Below, one piece after another: positions 55,001 through 63,600 of a stretch of 64,000 bases of DNA. Origin of the DNA: Ascidiella aspersa (lineage: Eukaryota); the NCBI GenBank assembly GCA_963924565.1, contig OZ004609.1, forward strand, positions 36,332,001 to 36,396,000, read 5' to 3'. The notes beneath the pieces are model-generated. The model was not told where the DNA came from, did no database searches, and worked only from the letters and a program-made list of their open reading frames with translations. A program made the position numbers and the translations under genes. Positions within the stretch are counted from its first letter, which is position 1. The number at the start of each line of letters is the position of its first letter.

Positions 55001-58000
55001 AGACATTTATCTAAGTTTTATTTTATTGTTCAATCGAAAAACAAAATGACAATAAATGCTTTAAAATTTTTTTTTTTCTGACGTAATGGTTTAACATAAA
55101 TTTCTTGCTGCTTGACACAGCCTGATATTGATGTAAATAACAATATAGCTTGAAAATAAAAAAACCTTACTCATAAAAGGTGGAAGGCAATTTAATAACC
55201 ATCATTTTCGATGTTAATTCGTTGCTGCAGACAAACCCTTGAAGCTCACATGAAGGAGAAGCATTTAGAAGACACAACCGACTGTATGTATTGCAATGCT
55301 GGTCAACCACACCCAAGACTTTCAAGAGGGGAAAGCTATTCGTGTGGTTACAAGGTATGGTGTACTATTTGAAAACTAAAATATTTATGCTATACTATTT
55401 GAAAACTGAATTCTGTATTCTATATTCTATATTCTATACTACTTAAAAACCTCAACCACCAGTCATTTTTCATATTTCATTAAATAGTCTCTCAAACTGT
55501 AGTTTTTAATTTAATTTTTGCCATTCCAAAAGCATTGATATTTAAATTCGCTGTAGATTAAAATTAAAGACTTGTTTAATATATGAAAATAGTTTTTTTG
55601 GTTTTTAATATAAATATTACAATTTTAAAAGGATTTAGTTTGATGGTCGCAAGTTGTTTTTAGGTTGATTTTATAAATTTTTAGCAACATTTTCAAAAGA
55701 TGAAAAAACAACGTGTGAAAATCAATGCAAAACACGTTAGTATTGCAAAAAAAATTACGACAATTTCCCACGGTTTTTTCGCAACTTTTTGCTCAACTCC
55801 GTGAGAAAAGGTTGTTTGTTGATCGTGTGAAGTAGCCTCAGTAGGTGATAGTTCACACCCCGGGGTTCCCCGCCCCTTTAAACGCCCCTTCTTCAATTGG
55901 TTAAAACCAAACCAAACCCTTTAAACGCCCCCTACTCGTGAATACACAGTTTCACCTGTTGTTGATTGGATCACGTCGAGGAAAAGGTTGGAGTAAACCC
56001 CGATCGTTTTCTGGGAGAAAAAACTTGTAGTTTATTCACAACTCGATTTAAATCAGTGGTTATAAAAGTATATCGGTTTTATTTGGAGCTATCCGATAAT
56101 ACCAAGAGGTAGTATCGGCCATTGTCCAATAATACCAAGAGGTAGTATCGGCCATTATCCGATAATACCAAGAGGTAGTATCGGCCATTATCCGATAATA
56201 CTAAGAGGTAGTATCGGCCATTATCCGATAATACCAAGAGGTAGTATCGGCCATTATCCGATAATACCAAGAGGTAGTATCGGTCATTGTCCGATACTAG
56301 GGTGATATTGGCGCCGATCTGATATCAAATTAATCGAAACACTTACCAGCAAATAGTGGGATGCTTGTTCTTTCGCACGTCGCTTAAATAGAAGTTGCGC
56401 GTAATTTTTGATCTATGTATTAAAACGACTTTTAAACGCTCTTATTGGCCTACAACAGTGTGTGACCTGTTTTAATACAAAAATTGTTTTTTTTGTTTGT
56501 TTTTTACATTAGATTAAAACAAGGATTGCATCTAATAAGTTCACAGAAAAAATTTCATCAGGTCAAAAAACAAAAATCATCGTTTGATTGTTATTTTTAT
56601 TTTTAGCTAAGATGTAAGTTGATTGCCCTAAAGAGGATTATCGAAATAGGCCATCGAAACGCTGGTATTTTTTCAAGAAAATATTTGTCAGACAAACACT
56701 TTTATAAATGACGTAATTCCAGTTTTGACTAAATTTTAACTCTAATCTAATTTTTGAATGGATTGCGCTAATTTTTGAATGAATTTTTGGCTAACATAAA
56801 GAAGTTTTACCAAAAGTGCTACTTGGTCCAAAAACATTTTTATTCCCTCAGTCGTAACAAAGAAATTGGATTAATAATTTTCGGTCAGAACGGTTTGGCT
56901 CTGGCCATCAAATAATTCTAATTGGTTGTATTTCAACCAGCTGTACTCTATTCTGACGTGAGCCTACGTAAGGCAAGCTAATGAACTTTATTGCCAGTCT
57001 TTAGTGCCCGAAGCACCTGCTAGTTACTTTTAATTCAACCCGAGCCAAAACACTTACCACGGAATCCTTCCACTTTAAGTCGCCCCAAAGACCATGGGGT
57101 ATACAGGTGGTAAATAGCACCGTGGGTTACAAAGGGGCGCTATCCAACCCATTAGTGCAATTATCTTTTAAACCTCTTAATGAGTTATATCTATGTAAAC
57201 TAACAGAACAGAAAACGCTCTTATTCAGGCGTTCTAAACTTTTTTTAACGCTGATATCTAAAGATTTTTTATTTCGCTGGGACTAGGGTTGTGGCCAAAA
57301 AATTCAGTTTGATAAACGCCACGTGTAGTTTCCTCTAAGCCAGTGTCTGTTGAACTTTTTTGAACCAGGCCTCACTTTTGTGTTTACAACATGTTAGCCC
57401 CCCTCTAGCTCTAAAGTATTCCATTATAGTGGACAATCTATCCGTATCGAAAATCCAGTGTGAATATACCCTTTAATAATCTCTTTCCAAACTTTATTGT
57501 TTTCTATTTGAAAACCGCACCAAACAGGGTTTAAAAAACCCGCATTTAGCCCCCACTCACCCCCAATAACTTACCCCGGTTTCTTGCATCGCTTCCGCAG
57601 CCGTTCAAGTGTACAGTGTGCAACTACTCGACCACCACAAAGGGCAACCTTAGCATCCACATGCAATCCGACAAGCATCTCTACAACGCCCGATCTCTAC
57701 AGCACAGACAGCACGAGAGCATCAGGCAGCATCAGCAAGCAGCCGTATCGTCCGTCTCGAGCGCCCTAAGCAAACTGGGTTCCGCTGGGGGGCAGCAGAG
57801 TGGAATTGCCGCTTCGCAGTTTGAAGAGGTGAGATTTCGATGTTTTATCTTATTTGCGAACTTTCGAGCAATATTCGGCTTTAAAATGGGAAAGTGTGTT
57901 GATATGCGAAAGTAGATGGTTGTTAGATACAAAAGAGATTTTCTGTTTTTTTGTATTGTTTTTCAAATGTAATTAAAACAATATCTGTAAAACAAATACT

Positions 58001-59590
58001 AAGTGAGTTCCGTATTATTTAAACAAGATGTCGTGTCTTGTATAGAGTGTTTTTCAACTTGCTTCTCCACCGAGCCTGCGTAGCTCAGTCGGTAAATCGA
58101 TGGTCCCGTTGTGGCCGAGGTCGTGAGTTCGAACCTCACAGCGGTTTGTTTTACGAACAGGATGCAGCAGGCAACGGTGACATATTGTTTTTAGTTTGCT
58201 ACTATAATGCACAAGAATCACAGCTTTTAACCTTTTTGATTCCGAAACTTCAACCTATAACACTGTTCTATCATAAGAATTTTAATGCAAGCAAAGCGAA
58301 GATAAAAACACTGTCCTGCGTCGAGGTTTGAACTCATAACCTCAGTCATTCCGTCAACGTTGCCTTACTTTTGTTTTGACAAACATTGTCGCGATCCGAT
58401 CGGATACCACATTAGTACTATGTTCAGATAGGTGATATTGAAACATTAAAGGCATTTTTTTGTTAGGCTAACATTTGTTTCAGCAGTAACACGTTATCGC
58501 AAGTCAAGTCCCAGTCCAAGTCACATCATTTTAAAAATCTCTATCGCAGAACCAAGGGTCTGCGGTTCGATCCCCGAGCACGGAAAACTTCACCAGCTAC
58601 CGCGAAGTGGAAAAATCGATGCCGCGTCGTCGGCGCTCGTCGAGCAAGACTGGGGCCGAGGGGAATCACCCTGGGGGGCGCCAGGGCCCCAACAAGTGGC
58701 GCTGTGACGTTTGTGGGTACGAGACGTCGATCGCGCGGAACCTTCGCATCCACAACACGAGTGAGAAGCACGCACAGAACGTCGCTCTGCAGGAGAGGGG
58801 ACTCCTCAAGCATATGAGACATGCAAGTGGAGGTTAGTGGGGAGGTTGTCACTTGGTCATTACTTATGTCAGTTGGCAGGTTGTCACTTGGTCATTTGGA
58901 TATTTCTATGGCAGCTCTTTACTTGCTCATTACTTATGTGGGTGGTGAGGTTACCACTTGGTCATTACTTATGTCAGTTGGGAGGTTATCACTTGTTCAT
59001 TGCATATGTGGGTGGAGTGGTTATCACTTGTCTTTTGGATAATCAAATGCCAACTCTTTACTTGGCCATTTACAATTTTTTTCTTCACCTGGTCATAAGC
59101 AGTTACTTAAAGTTTGTCACTTGGTGATATACGATATACATTTATTATTAGAACTCTTCACTTGGTCACAAGCCGTTGTATGTCACTCGGTCTTTTGAAC
59201 TTGGTTTAAGTTCTTTACTTGGTCATTTTATCTACAAGTTGACAGGTTTAATTTTTTTTTGATTAGCTCTTTATTAAAAAGTAGCTGCTTAAGTTCCTGC
59301 TTGATCATTATTGCTTTCTTGTTAAACGGTTTATAGTTACAAATTTGCCCAACATAACGTGTTTTGTGATTTCATTTTGTGTAGTAATCTTGTGCAGGTT
59401 CTTTCAAAATGGAAAACTGGGACTTAATCATATTAGTTGGGTGTTTTTAACTACACCTAAAAGCTTATCCTCTTTTCCTTTTCAACCCTGTGTATAAACC
59501 TTTTTAAATTTCAACGTTTAGACTTACAAAACGATCACCACCTTCACCACCAACATGGAGATCGTCCACAACAACAACAACAACAACAGC

Positions 59591-59627
<37 letters not shown>

Positions 59628-60637
59628 GCAGCAGCAACAGCAAGGCATCGTCGACTACTACACCAGCGCTCTCAAGTCGCTACAGCAAAACCACAGCATC
59701 ATGAGCGACGCGAGCAACCATTTGTCAGCGGGAAACGACGAAGCTGAGAAGGCTCGGAAGCTACAAGCCGATTACCTCCAACAACAGCTTCTAATATCAC
59801 AGCAACAGCAGCTTCTACTCGCCCAGCAATACCAGCAACTCATGGTGGCCGCTGCAGCCGCATCTTCGCTACAACAACGCCTCGGTGGAGGGGTTGGGGG
59901 CCCTGAGGAACCGGGGAACCACCTGTTGCAAGCCAAACAGGCCCAGCTTTGGAAGCAGCTTTTCCCAAACGCCCCAGCAGCTGAGGGGAGTCCCCCGCCA
60001 CCCGGGAAGCCACTTTCGGTGAGTTGGTTTGTTTGCTTCGCATGTTTTTATTACTAGTTTACTTCTAGTTTTGTTTTTGCCGTAAATTTTGCATGTTTTT
60101 GTTTAATTTTTTTATTACCGTTTATTTAATTTGTTAATTTTTTCAGTGAATTGACTTTTGTTTTGTATTTTTGCGTTATTTTTCTCCTTTAGCCCATTTT
60201 TGTTTAGTTTTTGCTACTGCATCCCATACTAATATTTTTTTAACTTTACTTGTGGTAATTGCTTTTGCCATTTTTTTCAATTTTTTTTTCATTATTTAAC
60301 TATACCTGTTCGTCAACTTTGTAGATTAAAGTTTAATTAACTCAATCAAATTATTTAAACTCAGAAATTTCCACAAACTTCTGGAAATTTATAATCATTC
60401 CGAATTTTCTAAAATTCGTTTTCATATTTCCAGCCCGACCCTAGTGAAGTGACGTCATCTTGCATGTTCTCCTGTGACGTATGCGGCGTGTTCGGCACCG
60501 ACGACCTCGGCGCCCTCGACGCCCACACTCGCCGATTACGTCACGCTGACGTAAGCAAGGACGTTATGTCGAACGAATGGGTGACTCGGACTCAACGCGA
60601 AGGATACTTCTGTCGGTTGTGCAAGTACACAACCCCG
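12641..60637 (+). CDS. ZFHX3/ZFHX4: Zinc finger homeobox protein ZFHX3/ZFHX4 (ATBF1/zfh2) orthologue, 5' partial, 12 coding exons: join(12641..13082,13309..13435,13505..13658,15731..15853,52799..53218,53686..53808,54461..54588,55231..55354,57601..57828,58550..58832,59522..60018,60434..60637); continues 3' of window
   Basis: Manual splicing gives one open frame of 2853 nt (951 aa) with GT..AG introns and matching phases. It contains the family hallmarks in the expected order: [16 protein letters not shown] (cf. GEIVYQPDGSAYI), [154 protein letters not shown]. Confidence 0.95.
13309..13435 (+). CDS. ZFHX3/ZFHX4: ZFHX coding exon 2
   Basis: Polypyrimidine tract plus ttgtccag acceptor. Reads [23 protein letters not shown]...KNP. 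Donor GG|gtaaa (phase 2) joins the next exon in frame. Confidence 0.8.
13505..13658 (+). CDS. ZFHX3/ZFHX4: ZFHX coding exon 3 (first C2H2-type finger)
   Basis: ccacag acceptor. [51 protein letters not shown] matches the vertebrate PILMCFLCKLSF..SFVTHAVHDH..SAIIQ block. Donor CAG|gtaagc. Confidence 0.92.
13690..14357. mobile_element. Family B inverted-repeat element (arms ~130-140 bp)
   Basis: atcatcttgataaagacgtt (13742) mirrors aacgtctttatcaagatgat (14265). agaatcctaccac (13808) mirrors gtggtaggattct (14215). The right arm matches the 30939-31112 copy. Confidence 0.7.
14235..14274 (+). ncRNA. Minimal (short stem III, dimer-type) type I hammerhead ribozyme motif
   Basis: CTGATGA(14239-45)-T-GATAC/aagctc/GTATC-GAAA-CG-TC(14270). 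All core nucleotides are present, stem II is 5 bp, and palindromic ACGT replaces stem III. Stem I is weak (TACA/TTTA, one mismatch). Confidence 0.55.
15731..15853 (+). CDS. ZFHX3/ZFHX4: ZFHX coding exon 4
   Basis: ttttcccag acceptor. [18 protein letters not shown]... (cf. GIGKDKEPLVSFLEPK). Donor AAG|gtaagt, phase 0. Confidence 0.9.
19501..19765. mobile_element. Family A copy
   Basis: Two forward modules (gaatatcaaagcccatacagaagta) followed by an inverted cctacttctatatgagct. Confidence 0.75.
25670..26215. repeat. Degenerate C-rich/G-poor tandem tract (taacacccctaccc..tattttt units)
   Basis: About 550 bp with recurrent acccct(a)/ccccta motifs and very few G on the + strand. Confidence 0.75.
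26420..26735. repeat. Local tandem duplication (~130 bp unit; second copy longer)
   Basis: ctgcttactcccc(c)gccaaagataaatccgttt at 26420 and 26552. tttgagatacagactg.cactagtatggaaat occurs twice. Confidence 0.9.
27965..28050 (+). mobile_element. hAT-type MITE left end
   Basis: cggtgtttctgagcctatgggtcgcgacccaaagtggggtcgcg...ggtcgccgactgcattagtttacatggtta, same family as 51612 and 54045. Confidence 0.65.
30939..31112. mobile_element. Family B short palindromic copy with decayed hammerhead motif in its loop
   Basis: atgtagcttgataataaattgcaaagccaaaaaggtcgagtagatcg (30962-31008) pairs with cgatctactcgacctttttggctttgcgatttattattaagctacat (31066-31112). Spacer ctgaaggtgatagaagttcatacctaaatgtc aligns to 14239-14270. 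Confidence 0.8.
31853..31976 (-). mobile_element. Probable 3' end of a non-LTR retroelement (L2/CR1-like)
   Basis: Minus strand: stem-loop agggtgac..gacc-tttt-ggtc..gtcaccct, a second stem tgcacgtt/aacgtgca, then AATAAA and a (CTAT)3 tail. Confidence 0.5.
34037..34172 (-). mobile_element. Family A fragment
   Basis: acttctgtatgggctttgatatttattctacgtccaactacaacctccagccatta, the reverse complement of the module. Confidence 0.75.
42914..43028. repeat. 25-bp minisatellite, ~4.6 copies
   Basis: Unit tttgccggtgacgtcaaaaggtggt; gtgacg recurs at 42921, 42946, 42971 and 42996. Confidence 0.95.
46228..46273 (+). ncRNA. Degenerate Penelope-type hammerhead motif followed by AATAAA
   Basis: tca-CTGATGA-T-GGCAA/gagtat/TTGCC-aAAA-CG-TT-tga..AATAAA. 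Stems I (3 bp) and II (5 bp) form, but G12 is replaced by A. Confidence 0.45.
49807..49914 (-). mobile_element. Family A fragment
   Basis: cctacttctgtatgggcattgatattcattttacgcctaactacaacc...gaaacgttcacaaaat. Confidence 0.7.
51442..51555 (+). mobile_element. Family A fragment with intact terminus
   Basis: ttttggagcataatggttggaggttgtagt...aaagcccatacagaagtaggtatcattttgaacgtt. Confidence 0.75.
51612..51888. mobile_element. hAT/Charlie-type MITE, full length
   Basis: 15-bp TIRs CATTGTTTCTCAACC / GGTTGAGAAACACTG (1 mismatch), subterminal gggtcgc motifs, and a decayed 8-bp TSD agctatac/aactaaaa. Confidence 0.8.
52799..53218 (+). CDS. ZFHX3/ZFHX4: ZFHX coding exon 5 (Ser/Thr-rich linker)
   Basis: ttcttccttatag acceptor. 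140-codon open frame [27 protein letters not shown]...IIKPSV. Donor GTT|gtaagt, phase 0 at both ends. No conserved motif, so the assignment rests on splice signals and composition. Confidence 0.8.
53686..53808 (+). CDS. ZFHX3/ZFHX4: ZFHX coding exon 6
   Basis: gacgtag acceptor. [41 protein letters not shown]. Donor CCG|gtgaga, phase 0/0. Confidence 0.7.
54045..54125 (+). mobile_element. hAT-type MITE left end
   Basis: cagtgtttcttaacctatgggtcgc...gggtcgccgactgca, homologous to the 27965 and 51612 copies. Confidence 0.65.
54461..54588 (+). CDS. ZFHX3/ZFHX4: ZFHX coding exon 7 ([19 protein letters not shown])
   Basis: ttgcttcag acceptor. Diagnostic ZFHX motif [19 protein letters not shown]. 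Donor AG|gtgaac, phase 2. Confidence 0.96.
54620..54887. mobile_element. hAT/Charlie-type MITE
   Basis: Ends CTGTGATCCTCAACC ... TTGGGAACCACTG, internal gcgacccc/ggggtcgc motifs, decayed TSD ttttaaag/ctgtatag. Confidence 0.65.
55231..55354 (+). CDS. ZFHX3/ZFHX4: ZFHX coding exon 8
   Basis: gctgcag acceptor. (R)[41 protein letters not shown]. Donor AAG|gtatgg. Confidence 0.96.
56090..56297. repeat. 33-bp minisatellite, ~6.2 copies, each unit a hairpin
   Basis: Unit atccgataataccaagaggtagtatcggccatt at 56091, 56124, 56157, 56190, 56223 and 56256. Confidence 0.95.
57601..57828 (+). CDS. ZFHX3/ZFHX4: ZFHX coding exon 9
   Basis: ttccgcag acceptor. [29 protein letters not shown].... Donor GAG|gtgaga. 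Confidence 0.96.
58074..58146 (+). mobile_element. tRNA-derived SINE head / tRNA pseudogene
   Basis: A box TAGCTCAGTCGG, B box GAGTTCGAACC and a perfect T arm gtgag/ctcac. The D and acceptor stems are broken. Confidence 0.65.
58314..58370 (-). mobile_element. Second, inverted tRNA-derived fragment
   Basis: Minus strand reads gactgaggttatgagttcaaacctcgacgcagg, homologous to gccgaggtcgtgagttcgaacctcacagcgg at 58114-58144. Confidence 0.55.
58550..58832 (+). CDS. ZFHX3/ZFHX4: ZFHX coding exon 10
   Basis: tatcgcag acceptor. ...[32 protein letters not shown].... Donor G|gttagt, phase 1. Confidence 0.93.
58834..59226. repeat. Degenerate ~35-40 bp tandem repeat (gtcacttggtcattacttatgt...)
   Basis: acttggtca and variants recur about ten times directly after the exon 10 donor. 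Confidence 0.8.
59522..60018 (+). CDS. ZFHX3/ZFHX4: ZFHX coding exon 11 (His/Gln-rich, polyQ25)
   Basis: cgtttag acceptor, phase 1. (D)[16 protein letters not shown]25[10 protein letters not shown]...GKPLS. Donor TCG|gtgagt. Confidence 0.88.
59569..59643 (+). repeat. Coding (CAA/CAG)25 polyglutamine tract
   Basis: 25 consecutive Gln codons in frame, including a run of 12 pure CAA. Confidence 0.95.
60434..60637 (+). CDS. ZFHX3/ZFHX4: ZFHX coding exon 12
   Basis: atttccag acceptor. [31 protein letters not shown]...NEW...[12 protein letters not shown] (cf. LFQCAVCNKFTTDNLDML...DEW...YQCKLCRYNTQ). Donor CCG|gtgagt. The second half of this finger is not found in the window. Confidence 0.92.
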
Positions 60638-63600
60638 GTGAGTGTGAAAATGTGCGACCGTGAAAATGCGAGGCAGTGTGTTGCTAAAATTGTGGGTAAT
60701 TTTACCCACTTGATTGGCTATTTAAACATTTTTAGGCTATTAGGTAAGCTAAACTGTATTTTTTTTTCTCCCAATTGGTTTACATTACGAATTTAGGCGG
60801 TAGCTTCAAAAATGTGAAAATGTGCGGCTTTAAAAATGAGGTGCATTGAATAGAAAACTTTGTGTGCTTGGTTTAGAGTTTTTGCTTTTAGCATCAATGG
60901 CGTAAGTTTGGTGCAAGTACACAACGCCATTGAGTAGGAAAATGTGCGGCCGTAAAAATGCGTGATGGATGTGCTTGTGTTTGGTAAATTTAACACAAAT
61001 TTAACGAGTTACTAAGCTTCTTTTACAGTTAAAATTTAACTAAATAATGAGTAAATTACTCATTAAACCAGGTTGGTACATGACAATTGTAAGGGGTAGT
61101 TTTTATAGCTATAAAATTGTAAAATGCTAGTTATTGGGCTGTTAAAATTGTGGGTATTTTTAACCTCAAAGGAGGTATTTGACTATTTTAGGGATGGTTT
61201 TAAAAGCCATAGAAATGTGAATGTATTTTGCAGAAAAGCTTGTTTATAGTTAACAGTGCTGCTAAAAACGTTGGTAAATTTACTCACAAAATCGGTCTAA
61301 TTTTACGTTTTTAGGGGGTAGTTTTGACTGTGATAAAAAAGCGAAATAAGAATCCCCGATTTAGATCAAAACAAACGTAAATATTTACAGGGGCGTTGTA
61401 AATGCCACATCGCATCATTCCCGGGCATCTTTATAAGGAATCGGCCATCTTGATAAACAAGCATATTCAAATCATTACTGAATAACAAATAAAATGTATA
61501 TACAATTTCTGGACGATTTCGGCTTGCAAATTAAAACTTGTCCTCAAGGGTCCTTCAATTTGCAGCGAAACCAAGCCAATCTAGAATCGTGTCGCGTTTC
61601 AGTCCACAAAAATATCTGGAGAGCTCCTTCTTCGACTTTCAGCATTTCTCGACCGACACAGGAAATTCTGCGTCGCGTACAAACTGACCCGCGTCGACTT
61701 CCAAGAACGAATATTAATTGCCGCGTCGTTTCGCCTTTTTGATTTTGTTGTCCCCCAACGGTCGTCACGCTCCGTTGGCCGCGTTTCACGCGTCACAATC
61801 GACTTGCTGTAATTGTGACGTTTTTTCGGAGCACTTAAAAGTTTGGCGTTAATCTCCCGTTTGGGTGGTCTAGGTCGCTCTCTATTTTTGGCAGAGTCGG
61901 ACTAATGCTAATGGTCCTTGATTTTGGTGCATGTGGGGCTATGGGGGGTAACACACCCCCCTAAAAACGGGGCTGGTTTTTGAAATAATTCACTTGAACT
62001 GACCCCAGCGTAGGTATTGTTTCGTAAATTATTTTTTGACCCAACGTCAACTTTTCAACACAATTTTTTGACGCTTAACCTACATTTTAAGGGCTCTTTT
62101 AAGAGAAAACTAACATATGGTATTTAAAGCGATAAACACTTTTAGTTTCTGTCAAACTAGTTATCTGGAATAAACATTGCAAAAATTTGTTTGCATATTT
62201 GTCTTCATACAAACAGCTTAGCAAAATATTTTGTCCCCCCCTTCCACGTAAATCGACACCCAAAAAAATATTTCGCCCACCCCCTCGAAGTTTACCCCTC
62301 CTGCATTTACGTCCTGCCTTAAGAGCATTAACGCTCAATTTGATTTCAATTTAGCCCCAAACATTGGTGAACGCACCCTTTAAGTGATGTCCGGTGGTGG
62401 CTTTGTTTTTACCTTTGTCAAATGAACCTTACACAGGCGCCATAATTAAAGTGCTGTCTTTTCCTGTGCCACTTTTACGCCCTGATTTCAAGCGATTCGC
62501 TTTTTGACCTTGAGAGCATCCACAAGGTCAATTAAGCGGGGAATAGTTGTGCATTTTTCGTAAATTAGGCGAATACAGGCAAAGCGGCATTATAAAGAGA
62601 AAAATGAGTCATTTTTGAATTAAAACCAAATTACGAGTTATTAGATGTTTTTTACAGTTCAAATTCAACTAAATAATCTGTAGATTACTAACTATTTTTT
62701 CTTTCTATTTGTATAATGACCCTTACGATTTTAACACTTCTTGATGTTTGTCTAAAAGTTAATGATATTTATGGAAAGGCAATATTTTCGTCCATACAAA
62801 TAGTTTTATTAAAAAAAAAACATAACTTTACCTCTTCATGACCTTAATCCGAGACCGTGCCTTTACTTCTAAACATCTACCGTTTCATTTTAAAACGCGC
62901 TATTAAAACGCACAACACCTACCATCTTACGTGTGAGACGAATCGCACAATTTCACGCGTCTCCGATTTTCACGGCGCTGCGCGAATTTGAAACTGTGTT
63001 TTTCTGCGAAGGTCCCAAGGCGTCGTAATTAGATCCCAATTAGCGCGGCGCTCATTAAAAGGCGCGCTAATTACCGGGCACTGGGTAATTAATCACGCAA
63101 GTCACGCCGTCAATTAGCCTAAGTGGACGAAGACACAATCTTAAAGCTAAACTAGTCAATTGCTACTAATGGAAGTTGAGGCTATTTTAGGAAATTTTCG
63201 CGATTTTCCGAAACCCTATTTTTTCGCTTTTGATTTGCCTGTAAGTGGTTATAGGATAATGTCCACTGTTGTAACGACTCAAGTCGATGACTTGAGAATA
63301 TTTTTGAGTGTGACTTTACAATGAATTGACTTAAATGCACATAAGTCCATGTTTTTACAATGACTTGACGCAATTTCTTTGACTTAACTTAGTAATTGTA
63401 ATTTAAATAAATGGCTTAGACGTTCAATCATTTACGCCAATCACTTAATTGTATTTAGGTGATTAAATTAAAAACGTTTTAGAAACTTTTGGTTATTGAA
63501 GAAAATTATTAGAGGTAAAATATCAGCTTTCCATTTGTTTCGGTGTTTAGCCTTTGCTATGCAAATTATTGCTCAGGATAAAACGCGTTCGCCAGTTTTA

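Noticed and set aside
56079-56270. Minus-strand ORF with repeating [11 protein letters not shown]
   Set aside because: It is only the translation of the 33-bp minisatellite. It has no splice or start context and lies antisense in a ZFHX intron.
56624-56668. Possible further hammerhead relic (ctaaaga..gat/atc-gaaacgct-ggta)
   Set aside because: Two core positions (G5 and U16.1) are wrong, so it is too degenerate to call.
58074-58146. Functional tRNA-His(GTG) gene
   Set aside because: The D stem and acceptor stem do not pair properly, and an inverted homologous fragment lies nearby. Treated as a SINE/pseudogene.
61494-61742. Candidate next ZFHX exon
   Set aside because: It does not encode the expected continuation of the finger (LKANFQLHCKTDKH-like). 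The next exon is probably beyond 64000.
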